A stretch of DNA of 64,000 nucleotides, from positions 218,490,001 to 218,554,000 of the forward strand of contig NC_086097.1 in assembly GCF_963921235.1 (NCBI RefSeq). The letters are read 5' to 3'. This stretch comes from Mobula hypostoma. Its lineage: Eukaryota. Numbering within the stretch: position 1 is the first letter of the stretch; each line of letters starts with the position of its first letter. This document shows positions 52,630 to 64,000 of the stretch, piece after piece. The translations under genes were made by a program, and so were the position numbers. The notes under the pieces are model-generated. The model searched no databases, was not told the origin of the DNA, and was given only the letters and a program-made list of their open reading frames with translations.

Positions 52630-53325
52630 AACTTAAAAAAAAATCCTGGGTGTCACTACCTCAGAGGACCTGTCCTGGGTCCACTGTATAAATGTAGTTG
52701 CAAAGAAAGCATGACAGCACCTCTACTTCCTTAGATGTGTTACATCCTTATAGATGTGTAGTGGAAGATATTTTGACTGGCTGCATTATGGCTTGGTATG
52801 GGAACACCAATGCCTTTGAGCAGAAAATCCTACAAAAGGTAGTAGATTCAGCCCAGTACATCACAAGTAAATCCCTCCCAACCACTGAGCACATCTTCAT
52901 GAAATGCTGCCATAGGAAAGCAGCATCCATCTTCAAAGATCCTCAAAGATCCATGCTCTTTTCTCACTGCTGCCACCAGGTAGAAGGCACAAGAGCCTCA
53001 GGACTCACACCACCAAGTTCAAGAACAGTTACAACCCCTCAACCATCAGACTCTTGAACAAAAGAGGATAACTACACGCATCTATTGAGATGTTCCCACA
53101 ACTAGTGATCTCATTTTAAGGACTCTTTATCTTGTTATTTCATGCTCTCGTTATTTATTGCTATTTGTTTATATTTGCATTTGCACAGTACATGGTCTTC
53201 ATTGATCCTGTTTACAGTTACTATCCTATAGATTTGCTGAGTATGCCTGTAGGAAAAAAATTCTCAGGGTTGTATATGGTGACATGTATGTACTCTGATA
53301 ATAAATTATACGTTAAACTTTGAAT
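52630..53325 (+). mobile_element. Rex1/Babar-like 3' fragment
   Basis: ILTGCIMAWYGN..LQKVV..AQYIT..LP; ataataaa..aaactttgaa tail. Confidence 0.8.
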
Positions 53326-53805
53326 GAGAAAAATAAGCATGGATGCATCAGTTTGGAATGTGGTTTAGCAAAGTAGGACAAACAAAGTTAAGTTTCCACA
53401 AGTGAGGAAAAGCTTGTACCTTTATTCAAAAAACAAACTTATCTATGTGTATTTTGGAATTGCATCAGACCCTAATTATTTAGGAAGTGTATGTTTATGT
53501 TTCTTTGTCATTAACAACTATTTATGTCTATGTTGAGACATTTGTGGGTGTTCAAGATACTATAGTGAGTTAGTTTTCTAGATTTTAATGTGGGAACGCC
53601 TAATGATAGGAACTTCCTTTCAATTTTCAAAAGTGTAATCTGTATGGTATTTTTTTTTGAAATTGATAAGAACTGCATTTCAAGGTCCAGAAATCTGAAA
53701 TCCTTTGCCCATGTGGATGTGATAGAGACTTTCAGATGGTATGTTGCCTCTGAGGTAGCAGGTTCAGGGACATCTTGGATCGGGTCCCTGACATTCTAAA
53801 GGGAG

Positions 53806-54230
53806 TGTCACAGCCATGGATTCAGCAGCACATCAGATGCGGCAATTGCGCTCGTGAATGTGCACGTGTCAGCTAATTATTATTTCATTGTGATAATATT
53901 TAACTCCATTCATTCCGTCACGATACTTGTTGAGACTTGAACAGGACACAGCAGCTCTTCACTGCCTCCATTCCACCTTGCCTGAGAGAAAATGGACTGT
54001 CGAGCCACCAACTCTGAAGACTAGCCGCATTCTTTTTATTCTTAGTTGTTCTTTTCAGCCGCAGTTCATGCTTTGTTTACCATTTGAGAGTTTTAGTTGA
54101 TGCGCCAGTTTGGCCTAGTGTTTATTGTTTTCTTTTCCCTGTAACACTGTTTGCATTAAAGTCTGTGAAATATCGACCCACTTTGGTGCCTCTCACTCCG
54201 CACTTGGGTCATACCCGCACCGTGGTGACA
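53806..54230 (+). mobile_element. Solo LTR (425 bp, Gypsy-like)
   Basis: TGTCAC...GTGACA termini; perfect 5 bp TSD GGGAG (53801-53805, 54231-54235); ATTAAA at ~54155. Confidence 0.9.
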
Positions 54231-54601
54231 GGGAGAGGGTGAGCTGCTAGACATCTTGCTACATACTGGCACCAAAGGTATAGATAGGAAAAGGGTCCTG
54301 GAGAGAGAATTTAGGGAACTATGTAGAAAGCTGGAAAGCAGGACATCCAGGATGGTAATTTCTGCATTGCTGCCTCTGCCATGCGCCAGTGAGTGTGAGA
54401 ATAGGGTGATTTAGCAGAGGAATCCATGACTGAGGAACTGGTGCAAGGGGAAGGGTTTCAGATTTCTGGATCATTAGGATCTCTTCTGGGAAGGGATGAC
54501 CTGTTAAAAGGATGGGTACACCTGAACTCAAGGGGGACTGGAGGTATTAACATTTGAGTGCACGCACTTAACAGAATGAAGTAAATGATCTTGTAGTGTA
54601 G

Positions 54602-55283
54602 TTAGATTAGATTAGATTACGAGGACACACAGTTCTCTTTTATTGTCATTTAGTAATGCATGCGTTAAGAAATGATACAATGTTCCTCCAGAATGATATC
54701 ACAGAAACACAAGACAAACCAAGACTGAAAAACTGACAAAAACCACATAATTATAACATATAGTTACAACAGTGCAAAACAATACCGTAATTTGATAAAG
54801 AACAGACCATGGGCACGGTAAAAAAAAGTCTCAAAGTCTCTCGAAAGTCCCATCATCTCACGCAGATGGTAGAAGGAAGAAAATCTCTCCCTGCCATGAG
54901 CTTCCAGTGCCACAAACTTGCCGATGCAGCACCCTGGAAGCACCCGACCACAGCCAACTCTTGAGTCCGTCTGAAAACTTTGAGCCTCCGACCAGCCCTC
55001 CGACACCAAGCACTGAGCACCATCTCTGCCGAGCGCTTTGACCCCGGCCCCGGCAACAGGCTATAGGCAAAGCCGAGGATTTGGGGCCTTTCCCTCCGGA
55101 GATTCTCAATCGCACAGTAGCAGCGGCAGCGAAGCGGGCATTTTAGAAGTTTCTCCAGATGTTCCTTGGTGCTCGTCATGTGTGTCTCCATCAAATCAGG
55201 ATTGCGCACGGTACCTACTTAGAAATACGATATCATTTCGGAGCGGCCGTGCGCGCTGCGTCGCATCGCCATCTTCTCCTTCC
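54602..55283 (-). mobile_element. CpG-rich non-autonomous LINE-derived element
   Basis: (TCTAA)n tail; minus-strand 5' end ggagaagatggcgatgcgacgcagcgcgc; no credible ORF. Confidence 0.65.
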
Positions 55284-55937
55284 CTGGCAGGTATCATGAT
55301 GTGGGCATCACTGGATCGTGGCTGAAAGAGGATTACAGTTGGGAGCTTAACATCCAGGGATATACAAACAGTACATGGTATCAAAAGGACAGGGGTGAAG
55401 GGATGGTGTGACTCTGTTGGTAAAAAACTGATATCAAATCCTTAGAAAAATATGACATAGGATTGGATGACATAGAATTGTTGTGGGTAGAGTTAAGTAA
55501 CTGCAAGGGTAAAAATTCCCTGATGAGATTTGTATACAGGCCTCTGAACAGCAGCCTGGATTTGGGCACAGACTACAACAGGAGTGGTCTGTGTTGGGAC
55601 CACGTCGTTTTGTGGCCAAGTTTGTGAATGATATGAAGATAGATGGAGGGGTAGGTAGTGTTGAGGAAACAGGGAGGCTGCAGAAGGACTTAGACTGATT
55701 CAAGAGAATGGGCAAAGAAATGGCAGATGGAATACGATGTCATGAAGCGTAGACCATTTTCTAAGTGGGGAGAAAATTCAAAAATCAGAGGTGGAAAATG
55801 AGTTGGGAGTCCTTGTACTGGATTCCCTAAAGATTAACTTGCAGGTTGAGTCAATGGTAAGAAATGCAAATGCATTCATTTTGAGAGGACTAGAACATAA
55901 AAAATAAGGATGTAATTCTGAGGCTTAAGAAGGTACT

Positions 55938-56246
55938 AATATCATGGACAAAATGAATATCTAACGAGGATGTCATGAACAGAGCAAACAGAAAATGAGA
56001 AATAATGTATGAGATCATGACAAGGCAACGTAACTTCATTGGACATGTGATTAGGAAAGAGGAGTTAGAATGCGTGGTAATTATGGAAAAGATTGAAGGG
56101 AAGAAAGCAAAAGACAAATGATGATGGAGACAGCAGCCAGAGAACTGGAAATGAATACCAATGAATTGATCCACTTGACCCGAAACAGGAGTGTGTGGGC
56201 CATGGAAGTCAAAGCTCAAACTGGGCATGGCAGCTGATGATGATAA
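55938..56246 (+). mobile_element. RTE 3' fragment, same family as 34733-36045
   Basis: Matches the reverse complement of ~34735-35050; 12 bp TSD taagaagg[t/c]act at 55926-55937 and 56247-56258. Confidence 0.88.
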
Positions 56247-57070
56247 TAAGAAGGCACTGGTGAGGCCTCTCTTGGGGTATTGTGAGCTGTTCTGGGCTCA
56301 AAAAGAAAGGATGTGTTGAAATTGGAGAGGGTGCATAGGAGGTTCACGAAAATGATTCAGGGAATGGAAGACTTATCATAAAAGGAACTTTTAATGTCTC
56401 TGGGCCTGTACCTGCTGGAACTTGGAAGAATGGGGGTTGGGGTTTGTTTTAAAACCAATTGAATGTTGAATGGCCTAGATAGAGTAGATGTGGAAAGGAT
56501 GTTTCCTATAGTTGGGGGAGTTTAGGACCTGAATAGCGGGATGTCCATTTAGAATGAAGATGAGGAGGAATTTCTTTAGCCAGAGGTTGGTGAATTCATT
56601 GCCATAGGCAACTGTGGAGGCCAAGTCATTGGGTATATTTAAGGCAGAGGTTGACACATTCTTGATAAGTCAGGGCATGAAAGGTTACGGGAAGAAGGCA
56701 GGAGAATGGGGTTGAGCGGGAAATGGTCAAATGACCATGATCATTTGGTGGAGCAGACTCGATGGGGCCAAATGGCCCAGTTCTGCTCCTATGTCTTATG
56801 GCCTTATGATCAAGTTCATGAAAGTTTATTTGTCAAATCTTTTTCATTTGCTTCATAATATATAAAATTGAAAGGTTGTTTCAAAGCATTTTGCTTATTA
56901 CGTGATCCTGAAGTGCAAAGGTACTTAATTCTCAAAGTCAATTCAACAAAAAAGGTGTATTAAACATTTCATGAAGAATGTGACCCTTGAGGAGAAACAA
57001 CTTCTATTCTTTTATACAAACAACTCTGAATATTTTTAACGAATTACTTTTCTGTGCTTTTACAATTCAG

Positions 57071-57232
57071 GAATTGATGAAGAGGACACCAAAGAAGCAT
57101 AATGACTATTCAGCAGTACTTGAGGCTCTTCAGGCCATGAAAACGGTATGCTCCACCATTAATGAAGCCAAACGACAAATGGAAAAGCTGGAAATTCTCG
57201 AAGAATGGCAGTCACATATTGAAGGATGGGAG
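57071..57232 (+). CDS. PREX2: PREX2 coding exon (probable exon 6), end of DH domain and DH-PH linker
   Basis: caattcag|GAA...GAG|gtatag; 162 nt, phase 0; [54 protein letters not shown]. Confidence 0.95.
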
Positions 57233-57401
57233 GTATAGCTGCTCTTTGTAATTAAACCTTGAAGTTAAAGCTACACCATGATTATGTTCCCATACATGAT
57301 ATTCATGAAACTTAAAGCTAGCTCAGAGCATTTGCTTTGTGAAGTACGAGAAATAATATGAATGGTTTAGGTATTGGCATTTATTCATGTAATTGAAATA
57401 T

Positions 57402-57609
57402 TGTTATTCCTCTCCGCACCATGTGGCACATTGGGTGGCAATCTTGCCGTTTCTTTCGCGTTTTGTCTGTTTTTTTTTATGAGGCCGATTTGCTAGCTCA
57501 ATGCTCAACCCAGTGTGAATGGAAAGTGTGCAAAGAGCCGGCCAGATTCAAATCAGGACCACTCAATTCAAAGTCCAGTGCTGATGCCACTACACCACTG
57601 ACCAGCTAT
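57402..57609 (-). mobile_element. tRNA-derived SINE with head and body like the 33560 copy but a different tail
   Basis: Minus strand tggtgtagtggcatcagc...ttgcacactttccat...gggttgagc; 9 bp TSD ttgaaatat (57393-57401, 57610-57618). Confidence 0.8.
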
Positions 57610-58787
57610 TTGAAATATACAACGTAGTAAAGCGGATCTGGTCCTTTGTGCTTTTGATGGCTCTTTAAAGAACTAATCCATTTCACCCCACTGTCCTGCT
57701 TTTCCCCATTCTATAAACCATGCTTCAGGACCTTGACCCAGTGACAATAAAGGATTAACCGAGCACTCTCACGTTAGAATGGTGTATGAGTTGGTGGAAA
57801 TCTTGCTTGTGTTAGTGTTCCCATGTTGCCAACACCCCTAGATTTTTCAGTGATTGAAAATGCAATGAAAGAAGCCTTCAGAAGTTACTGCAGTTTATTA
57901 AAAAGGTAATACTTGATGCTGGTGTTGTTTGCAAGTCCACTATTAAATGTTTATCTCTAATTTCTCTTATTGGTGGTTGAATGTCTTCATTGTCTAATGG
58001 GTAGAGGAATTCTGCAGTGTTGCTGTGCAGGGACCTCCAGTAATTAGGACTGAAAAATGATAAATGAAAGTGGCTGAGGTATTAGTACACATTTAGTCAA
58101 AATTGCCTTAAGGTCGGGGTCATTCACTGTCACCTTGCCCCTCAATAGCTTCGTGTTTCTGACAGTACGGGAATGAGTTGGGGTGAGTTTGTATTTGATG
58201 AGTAATGGCTGTTCAATAGCAATGCTGGCACTTTCCATCACTGTGCAAATGAATGGGAGTGGGGCGGTAACTGGAAGGCCTGACTCCACAGAACTCTGAG
58301 GTGCAGAATACGAAAGATTCACAACCATCTGACAGAAATATTTGCTTTCTCTCTCCATCTTAAATGGTAAGCCTTTATTCTGAAATGATGTTTTTCCAGA
58401 TGGCAAATGTGCTGATACTATCTGCAATGTATTTATTACAGTTCAGAAGTAGGATATTTGGCCTATTTATCCCAAGTCAACTCCAAGGAGAATAATCCAT
58501 TCATGCTCTTTCCTTGCAATGCTGTGATGTATTCTCTCCAACATGCTCACCAGCACCCCCTCTCCAACTTCTAGTTTGCCTACCTGCTTCAAAATCATGT
58601 CTGTCTCAATCAAAATAAGTTCTCATTTTTCTTGAGTGCTAATGCATATAGGCCTTCTGCTCAACTGTTTCTCATAGGACAACCCTTTCATCTCAGGAAT
58701 TAACCAAATGAACCTTCACTAAATTGCCTCCAGTTCAAATATATTGCTCCTTACATAGTTCATGTTCAAGTTTATCTGACTGTACAG

Positions 58788-59308
58788 ATGCTGAGGCCTC
58801 TGTTGGTCAGAGTTGACCATAGATATTTCGTCCTAGCGCTCTAGATACCTAAGCCTGAGTAGTACAATTTGGAGAGAAACCTGTTACCCATGTGGCAAGC
58901 TCCCCCCTCCATATAACTGATTAACCCCAAAGGACGGAAGAGACATATACAGTTTGGTACCAGCAGCATCACAGGAGTTGTCAATCAGCATTGAACTCAA
59001 TGTAGGACTGCCTCAGGGACTCCAGCTCCGGATTTTTCCCTCAGGGTTTACTCCCGAAGCCTTCCCCAGGTGTGGGAACAGCTGCAAGGCAGCGGAGGTT
59101 TGAGATCAGAATTTTCCTTCTCCTAGATGAGCTGCCAACCATGGCTAATGAGCCCCATTTGCCCGACTGGTTTTAAGGCGCCAGTAACCAACCTTTGCCC
59201 TTTTTCCTGCCAGTAGAATCTGTTCTGCTGAGCTTAGTAGCAAAGCCACACGTGAAGGCCAGGAGGTGGACTTGGTTGTCAGAGGCATTTTGTGGCCCTT
59301 CAGGAACC
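58788..59308 (-). mobile_element. Non-autonomous RTE derivative (5'-UTR-like body plus short 3' end)
   Basis: Non-coding ~520 bp insert; shares ggtaccaaactgtat and ggggagcttgccacatgggtaac blocks with the 62440 SINE; ttttccttctcctagatgagctgcc resembles RTE 5' UTRs from memory. Confidence 0.62.
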
Positions 59309-59709
59309 ATATACAACCAAATTAAACAACATTCCTCCGGACCACCAAATAACGCAAATAATGGTACACCCAAATAACATGTATCACACACAGCACATAA
59401 AACAAAATATTATCAGAAATAAGTAAATGCAATATAATTCAAAATGCATGTGAAGTGCGCAGCACAGGTTAAAGTAAACAGTCACAATAAACAGTACAGT
59501 AAATGGTAAACAGCTCACTGTACTAGTGATGTGACCTCAGTTGTGTCAGGGTATTCATTCGTCTCACAGCCTGAGGGAAGAAGCTGTTACCCAGTTTGTA
59601 GTCCTAGTCCTGATGCTCCTCTACCTCCTTCCTGATGGTATTCGGTCAAAAATATTGTGGGATGGATGGTAGGGATTCTCATCAGTGCTTTAGGCCCTGG
59701 CAAATGTCA

Positions 59710-61619
59710 TTTATTCATGGCTCGGCTTTGGGAACGAAGATTTAGGAAGGGGGCTGCCCACGTCTGCTGCAGGCTCGCTGGTGGCTGACGAGGCCAATAT
59801 GGGACAGGCAGTCCTGGCCACAGCGGCCGCAAGGGAAATTCTGTTCTGGGTTTGGTGCTGCTGTGTCACGGTTCTTCCTCCTTCTCCTTTTGTCCTCAAT
59901 GCCAGCCCTGCGTGCGTTCTTGAAGGAGGAGACAGACTGGTGAATGGTGTGTCACCAGGCCTTGCGATCGGAGGCTAGATTAGACCATTGGCGATGGTCA
60001 ATGTGATAGGCACCAAGGGATTTCTTCAGAGAGTCCTTGTACCTCTTCTTCGGTGCCCCTCTGTCACGGTGGCCAGTGGAGAGTTCGCCATACAGCACAA
60101 TCTTGGGCAGGCGATGATCCTCCATCCTGGAGACGTGCCCTGCCCAGTGCAGCTGCGTCTTGATACTGGTGACCTCCGCCTGTTCGAGGACCTCAACGTT
60201 GGTGACAAAGTCACTCCAGTGGGTGTTGAGGATGGTGCGGAGGCAGTGCTGGTGGAAACGCCCAAGGAGTCTTAGGTGGTGATGGTAGGTGACCCACAAC
60301 TCAGAGTCATACAGGAGGGTGGTCAGTACAATGACTTTGTACATGCTGATCTTCATGCCTTTCTTCAAATGCTTTTTGTTCCAGACTCTTTTGTACAGCC
60401 CACCAAATGCGCTGTTTGCCTTTGCCAGTCTGTTGTCAATCTCTTTGTCAATCTTGGCATCTGACGAGATGGTGCACTGCAGGTAGCTGAACTGGTGGAC
60501 TGTCTTCAGATCTACCTCACCGATGGTGATGTGGGGAGGGTGGTAATCTTCCTGGAGTGTGGGCTGATGGAGAACTTCTGTCTTCTTCAAGCTGACTTGC
60601 AGTCCAAAGAGCTCGGCAGCCTCTGCGAAGCAGGATGTTATACACTGCAGGGCTGTCTCTGTGTGGACAACAAGAAGAGTAGCTCTCGGATGAGTTGCTC
60701 CAATGTCTTGGTGTGGGACTGTAGTCGACTCAGGTTGAACAGGCTGCCATCGGTGCGGTATCGGATGTAGACACCGTCCTCGTCATCAAGGTCTTCTGAG
60801 GCCCTTTCGAGCATCATGCTGAAGAAGATGGTGAAGAGAGTTGACGCGAGGATGCAACCTTGCTTTACTCCGTTGCCTATTGGGAAGGGTTCTGAGAGGT
60901 CATTTTTGTGTCTGACTTGGCCACGCTAATCTTCATGAAGCTGGATAACCATGCTGAGGAACTTTGGGGGGCATCCCAGTCGTTCCATGATTTGCCACAG
61001 ACTTTTCCTGCTCACAGTGTCAATCGCTTTAGTAAGGTCGACAGAAGTCATGTACAATCCCTTGTTCTATTCCCTACATTTCTCTTGGAGCTGCCTGAGA
61101 ACAAATACCATGTCGTTAGTGCTCCTGTTGGCTCTAAAGCCACACTGGCTCTCTGGGAGGCATTCTTCTGCAATGATGGGCAACAGTCTGTTCAGGAGTA
61201 CTCTTGCGAGGATTTTTCCTGCGATAGAGAGAAGGGTTATCCCCCGGTAGTTGGAGAAGTTGGACTTTTCCCCCTTGTTCTTGTACAGGGCAATGATGAC
61301 TGTGTCACGGAGGTCCTGTGGTAGTTTACCTTGTTCCCAGCAGCAGACAAAGAACTCGTGGAGTTTGGTGTGTAATGCTGGGCCCCCATGCTTCCAAATC
61401 TCAGGTGGGATTCCATCAACTCCCTCCGCCTTGCCACCATTCAGCTGCTCTATGGCCTTGACTGTCTCTTCTGGGGTTGGAATCTTGTCCAGTTCTGTTT
61501 TCTCTGGTTGTCGTGGGATGCGATGAATTGCTGAGTCTTGGACCATGTGGCTGGCGCTGAAGAGAGTCTGGAAATATTCTGACCACTGGTTCAGGATGGA
61601 CGCCTTGTCTGTGAAGAGC
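59710..61619 (-). mobile_element. RTE-clade LINE (AviRTE / RTE-1-like), 5'-truncated
   Basis: NYRGITLLSIAGKILAR, LPESQCGFR, LHWAGHVSRMEDHRLPK, C-terminal CGRCGQDCLSHIGLVSHQRAC; perfect 11 bp TSD ggcaaatgtca (59699-59709, 61620-61630). Confidence 0.92.
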
Positions 61620-62439
61620 GGCAAATGTCACAAATGGAACAAATGGTTGTGTGGGGGGGGGGGGGAAGATCCTCTTGGCAGTTTGTACTCAGTGATAGCT
61701 TGCAGCCAGACAGTACACTCTTGACGGTGCTCCTGTAGAAGGTTGTTAGAATGGGCGTGGGGAGCCTGACACACCTTAATCTCCTTGGAAAGTGTAGATG
61801 CTGCTGTGCCTTCTTGAGTAGTGAGGAGGTGTTGTGGGGTCAGGTTAGATCACCCATTATGTGCACAACAAGGAGCTTTGTGCCATTCACTCTCTCCACA
61901 GCAGAGCCATTGATGTACAATGGGGATTGGTCGACCTGCACTTCCCTGAAGACTGCAATCATCTCTTTTGTCTTGTCCACGTTGAGACTCAGGTTGTTGT
62001 TCTCACACCATTTGAACTAAGGAGACAAAAATGAGCATAGTTCTGAACATGCTGCACAGAAATAACATGATTTTCTGATTTTTATACTCTATCCTTGAGC
62101 ATTTCTTATTCCATGCACATGAATGACACCATTATTTGATTAATGCTGGACTGGATTGGGCTGGCAAAGCTGCAGCTAATTTTAGAACAGATGCATTCAG
62201 TATAACAGCTGAGATATTGTTATGTTTTTCTGGCATCAGTGAAGCTCCATATAGGGTTAACCAATTAATGATCAAAGTTGCCACTTGAAACTTATGTGGT
62301 TCTAACTTGCTAAAGAAACTGGAGAAGTTTATTCTAGACATAGTTCAGGAAAATGATATCAAAGTTTTCAATATTCTGTGGAGAAAAGAAGGAAAATATG
62401 TAATGAATATATTAATAGTTGTTTTATTGAGATAGCTGT

Positions 62440-62718
62440 GTGAGCACGTGGCCAAGTGGTTAAGGCATTGGACTAGCTACCTGAAGGTCGTGAGTTCGAG
62501 CCCCAGCCGAGGGAACGTGTTGTGTCACACATTGCTCTGCAACGACACTGGTGCCAAGCTGTATGGGTCCTAATGCCCTTCCTTTGGACAACATTGGTGT
62601 TGTGGAGAGGGGAGACTTGCAGCATGGGCAACTGCTGGTCTTCCATACAACCTTGCACAGGCCTGCACCCTGGAGAGTGAAGACCATGGTCTCGCAAGAC
62701 TAATGGATGCCTTTATTA
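62440..62718 (+). mobile_element. tRNA-derived SINE with RTE-type body and tail
   Basis: A box TGGCCAAGTGG at 62449-62459, B box GAGTTCGAGCC at 62492-62502; body shares blocks with the 58788-59308 element. Confidence 0.85.
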
Positions 62719-64000
62719 CTGAAATAGAGATTGTGTGAAATAGGTCGCTCAGGGAGGTTATGAAGATACACAGTGCTAGAAAAATAAATAGTTGAAAAAT
62801 ATTTTTATCATATGTTAAAATTAGTTGAATATACATAGGATTTCAATTGTAGTATGTATATATATATATATGATTTACAATTATCTTTCTAGTACCATTG
62901 AATCCTATGAACACACACTAATGTAGACTAATTGAGAAACCAAATGATGTACATAATGTATAAATTATATTTTACAGGCTAATTAATTAGTTATTGGCCT
63001 TAATGGAGGTAAACAAAATACAGTGAATATTTTTGTGTCTTCTTGAGGTTTGCTTTTACATATACCGTAGCCATAACCTGAGAAAATCTTTTTAATCACA
63101 TGATATTCAATCCCAGATTATGTACATAGTGCAATCATCTGATTAAAGATGAAAGAATTCTCTGTGACAGTATAACTAATATAATGCATATATTTCATTT
63201 GCAGTATCACAAAAATTAGCTTAGAGGAAAACATCAATTGACGGTGAAATGCAGCACTGCGCAATTTAATGATAATAAGAATAAATATGAAAAGCTAATG
63301 CATTCTTGTAAACTAGCACTAATTAATTAAGTGATTTTATATCCAGCATTCAGTTATGGAGGAAAATACTTTAGCTTCCAGCATAAATGTACATCTGTCA
63401 AAATCTCCGAGCTGCAATGAAAGCATTTATAGCTTGCTTTATTAGAGTATGCTAAATTAGAATGGGGACTTGGTTTGAAGCCAATATTGGAATGGATTGG
63501 AATTGAGAACCACTTTTATTTTGTAAAGTTCAGTTCAGATGAAATCATATCACGTATTTTCCACAATCTCTCTTATTTAATAAGTGATTAGTAAAAGCAG
63601 ATTTACTTAACTATTTATTAGAGAATATAAATGTAATTGGGAAAACACAAACAACAGATAGTAGTCAATTATTTCAGATATTAAAATTCCCATGGAATTT
63701 CACTTTAGCTATAAAAATGTGTAGAGCATATGCATATTCATAAATATTTTATTGAAAAGGAATCAATGGACCAAAGGGCCTGATTCTGTGCCGTATTTCT
63801 CTTCTCTATGAAGTGGGGTATTACAGAAATTGTTTAGCAGGTCCTCACTGCGACGCAACCTGCTCCCAATCATGTTTGTAACTCCAAAACATAAAACTAA
63901 TCGAAAGAAAAACATTGAGCCAGGAAGAACGTGTCTTAGTTTTTACTTTGGTGAGGCATCACATGTGGCACTGGATCTCAAGAGAGAGAATTTGTAGAAT

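Larger units (their letters stand above)
53735..56810 (+). mobile_element. Long, internally deleted CR1 (ORF1 esterase remnant, ORF2 pieces, 3' tail) hosting three nested insertions
   Basis: ORF1-like MVCCL / GEGE / HTGT segments at ~53737-54280, endonuclease and RT remnants, cttatggccttatg tail. Confidence 0.75.
58758..62017 (-). mobile_element. Rex1/Babar-like fragment hosting two RTE-related insertions
   Basis: gttcatgttcaagttt tail; ORF-end motifs at 59560-59700 and 61630-62017 (WCENNNLSLNVDKTKEMI on the - strand). Confidence 0.7.

Noticed and set aside
43746..57232. Assignment as PREX1
   Set aside because: [20 protein letters not shown] and INEAKRQ...[12 protein letters not shown] fit PREX2 better as I recall the paralogues; a phylogeny would confirm.
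62440..62512. tRNA gene (also 33560)
   Set aside because: A and B boxes run into SINE bodies and tails; no full cloverleaf is evident.
1..64000. CRISPR arrays, operons, rRNA or viral genes
   Set aside because: No spaced repeats or such coding signals; the short ORFs are TE remnants or chance frames.

Overview
Vertebrate genomic DNA, most likely from a cartilaginous fish (ray or shark), inferred from the repeat set: abundant CR1, Rex1/Babar, Penelope and a SacSINE1-like DeuSINE. The window appears to lie entirely inside one + strand gene, a PREX2 orthologue (Rac GEF). It holds more than 43 kb of the presumed first intron, then five phase-0 coding exons of the DH domain (43746-43817, 45920-46042, 47070-47174, 50514-50615, 57071-57232). 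The rest is intron filled with decayed, often nested mobile elements: CR1, Rex1/Babar, RTE, R4/Dong, Penelope, Tc1, Tigger, hAT, solo LTRs and tRNA SINEs. Three observations stand out. (1) Three short Penelope-derived palindromes have 13-14 bp TSDs; two carry a minimal hammerhead-ribozyme motif on each arm and the third lacks the core. (2) Two RTE-derived non-coding elements show HDV-like ribozyme topology, and one begins at the predicted cleavage site. (3) A ~500 bp Tc1 foldback is built from two 3' ends. No prokaryotic systems were seen. Family assignments come from motif recognition by eye, and boundaries of old repeats are approximate.
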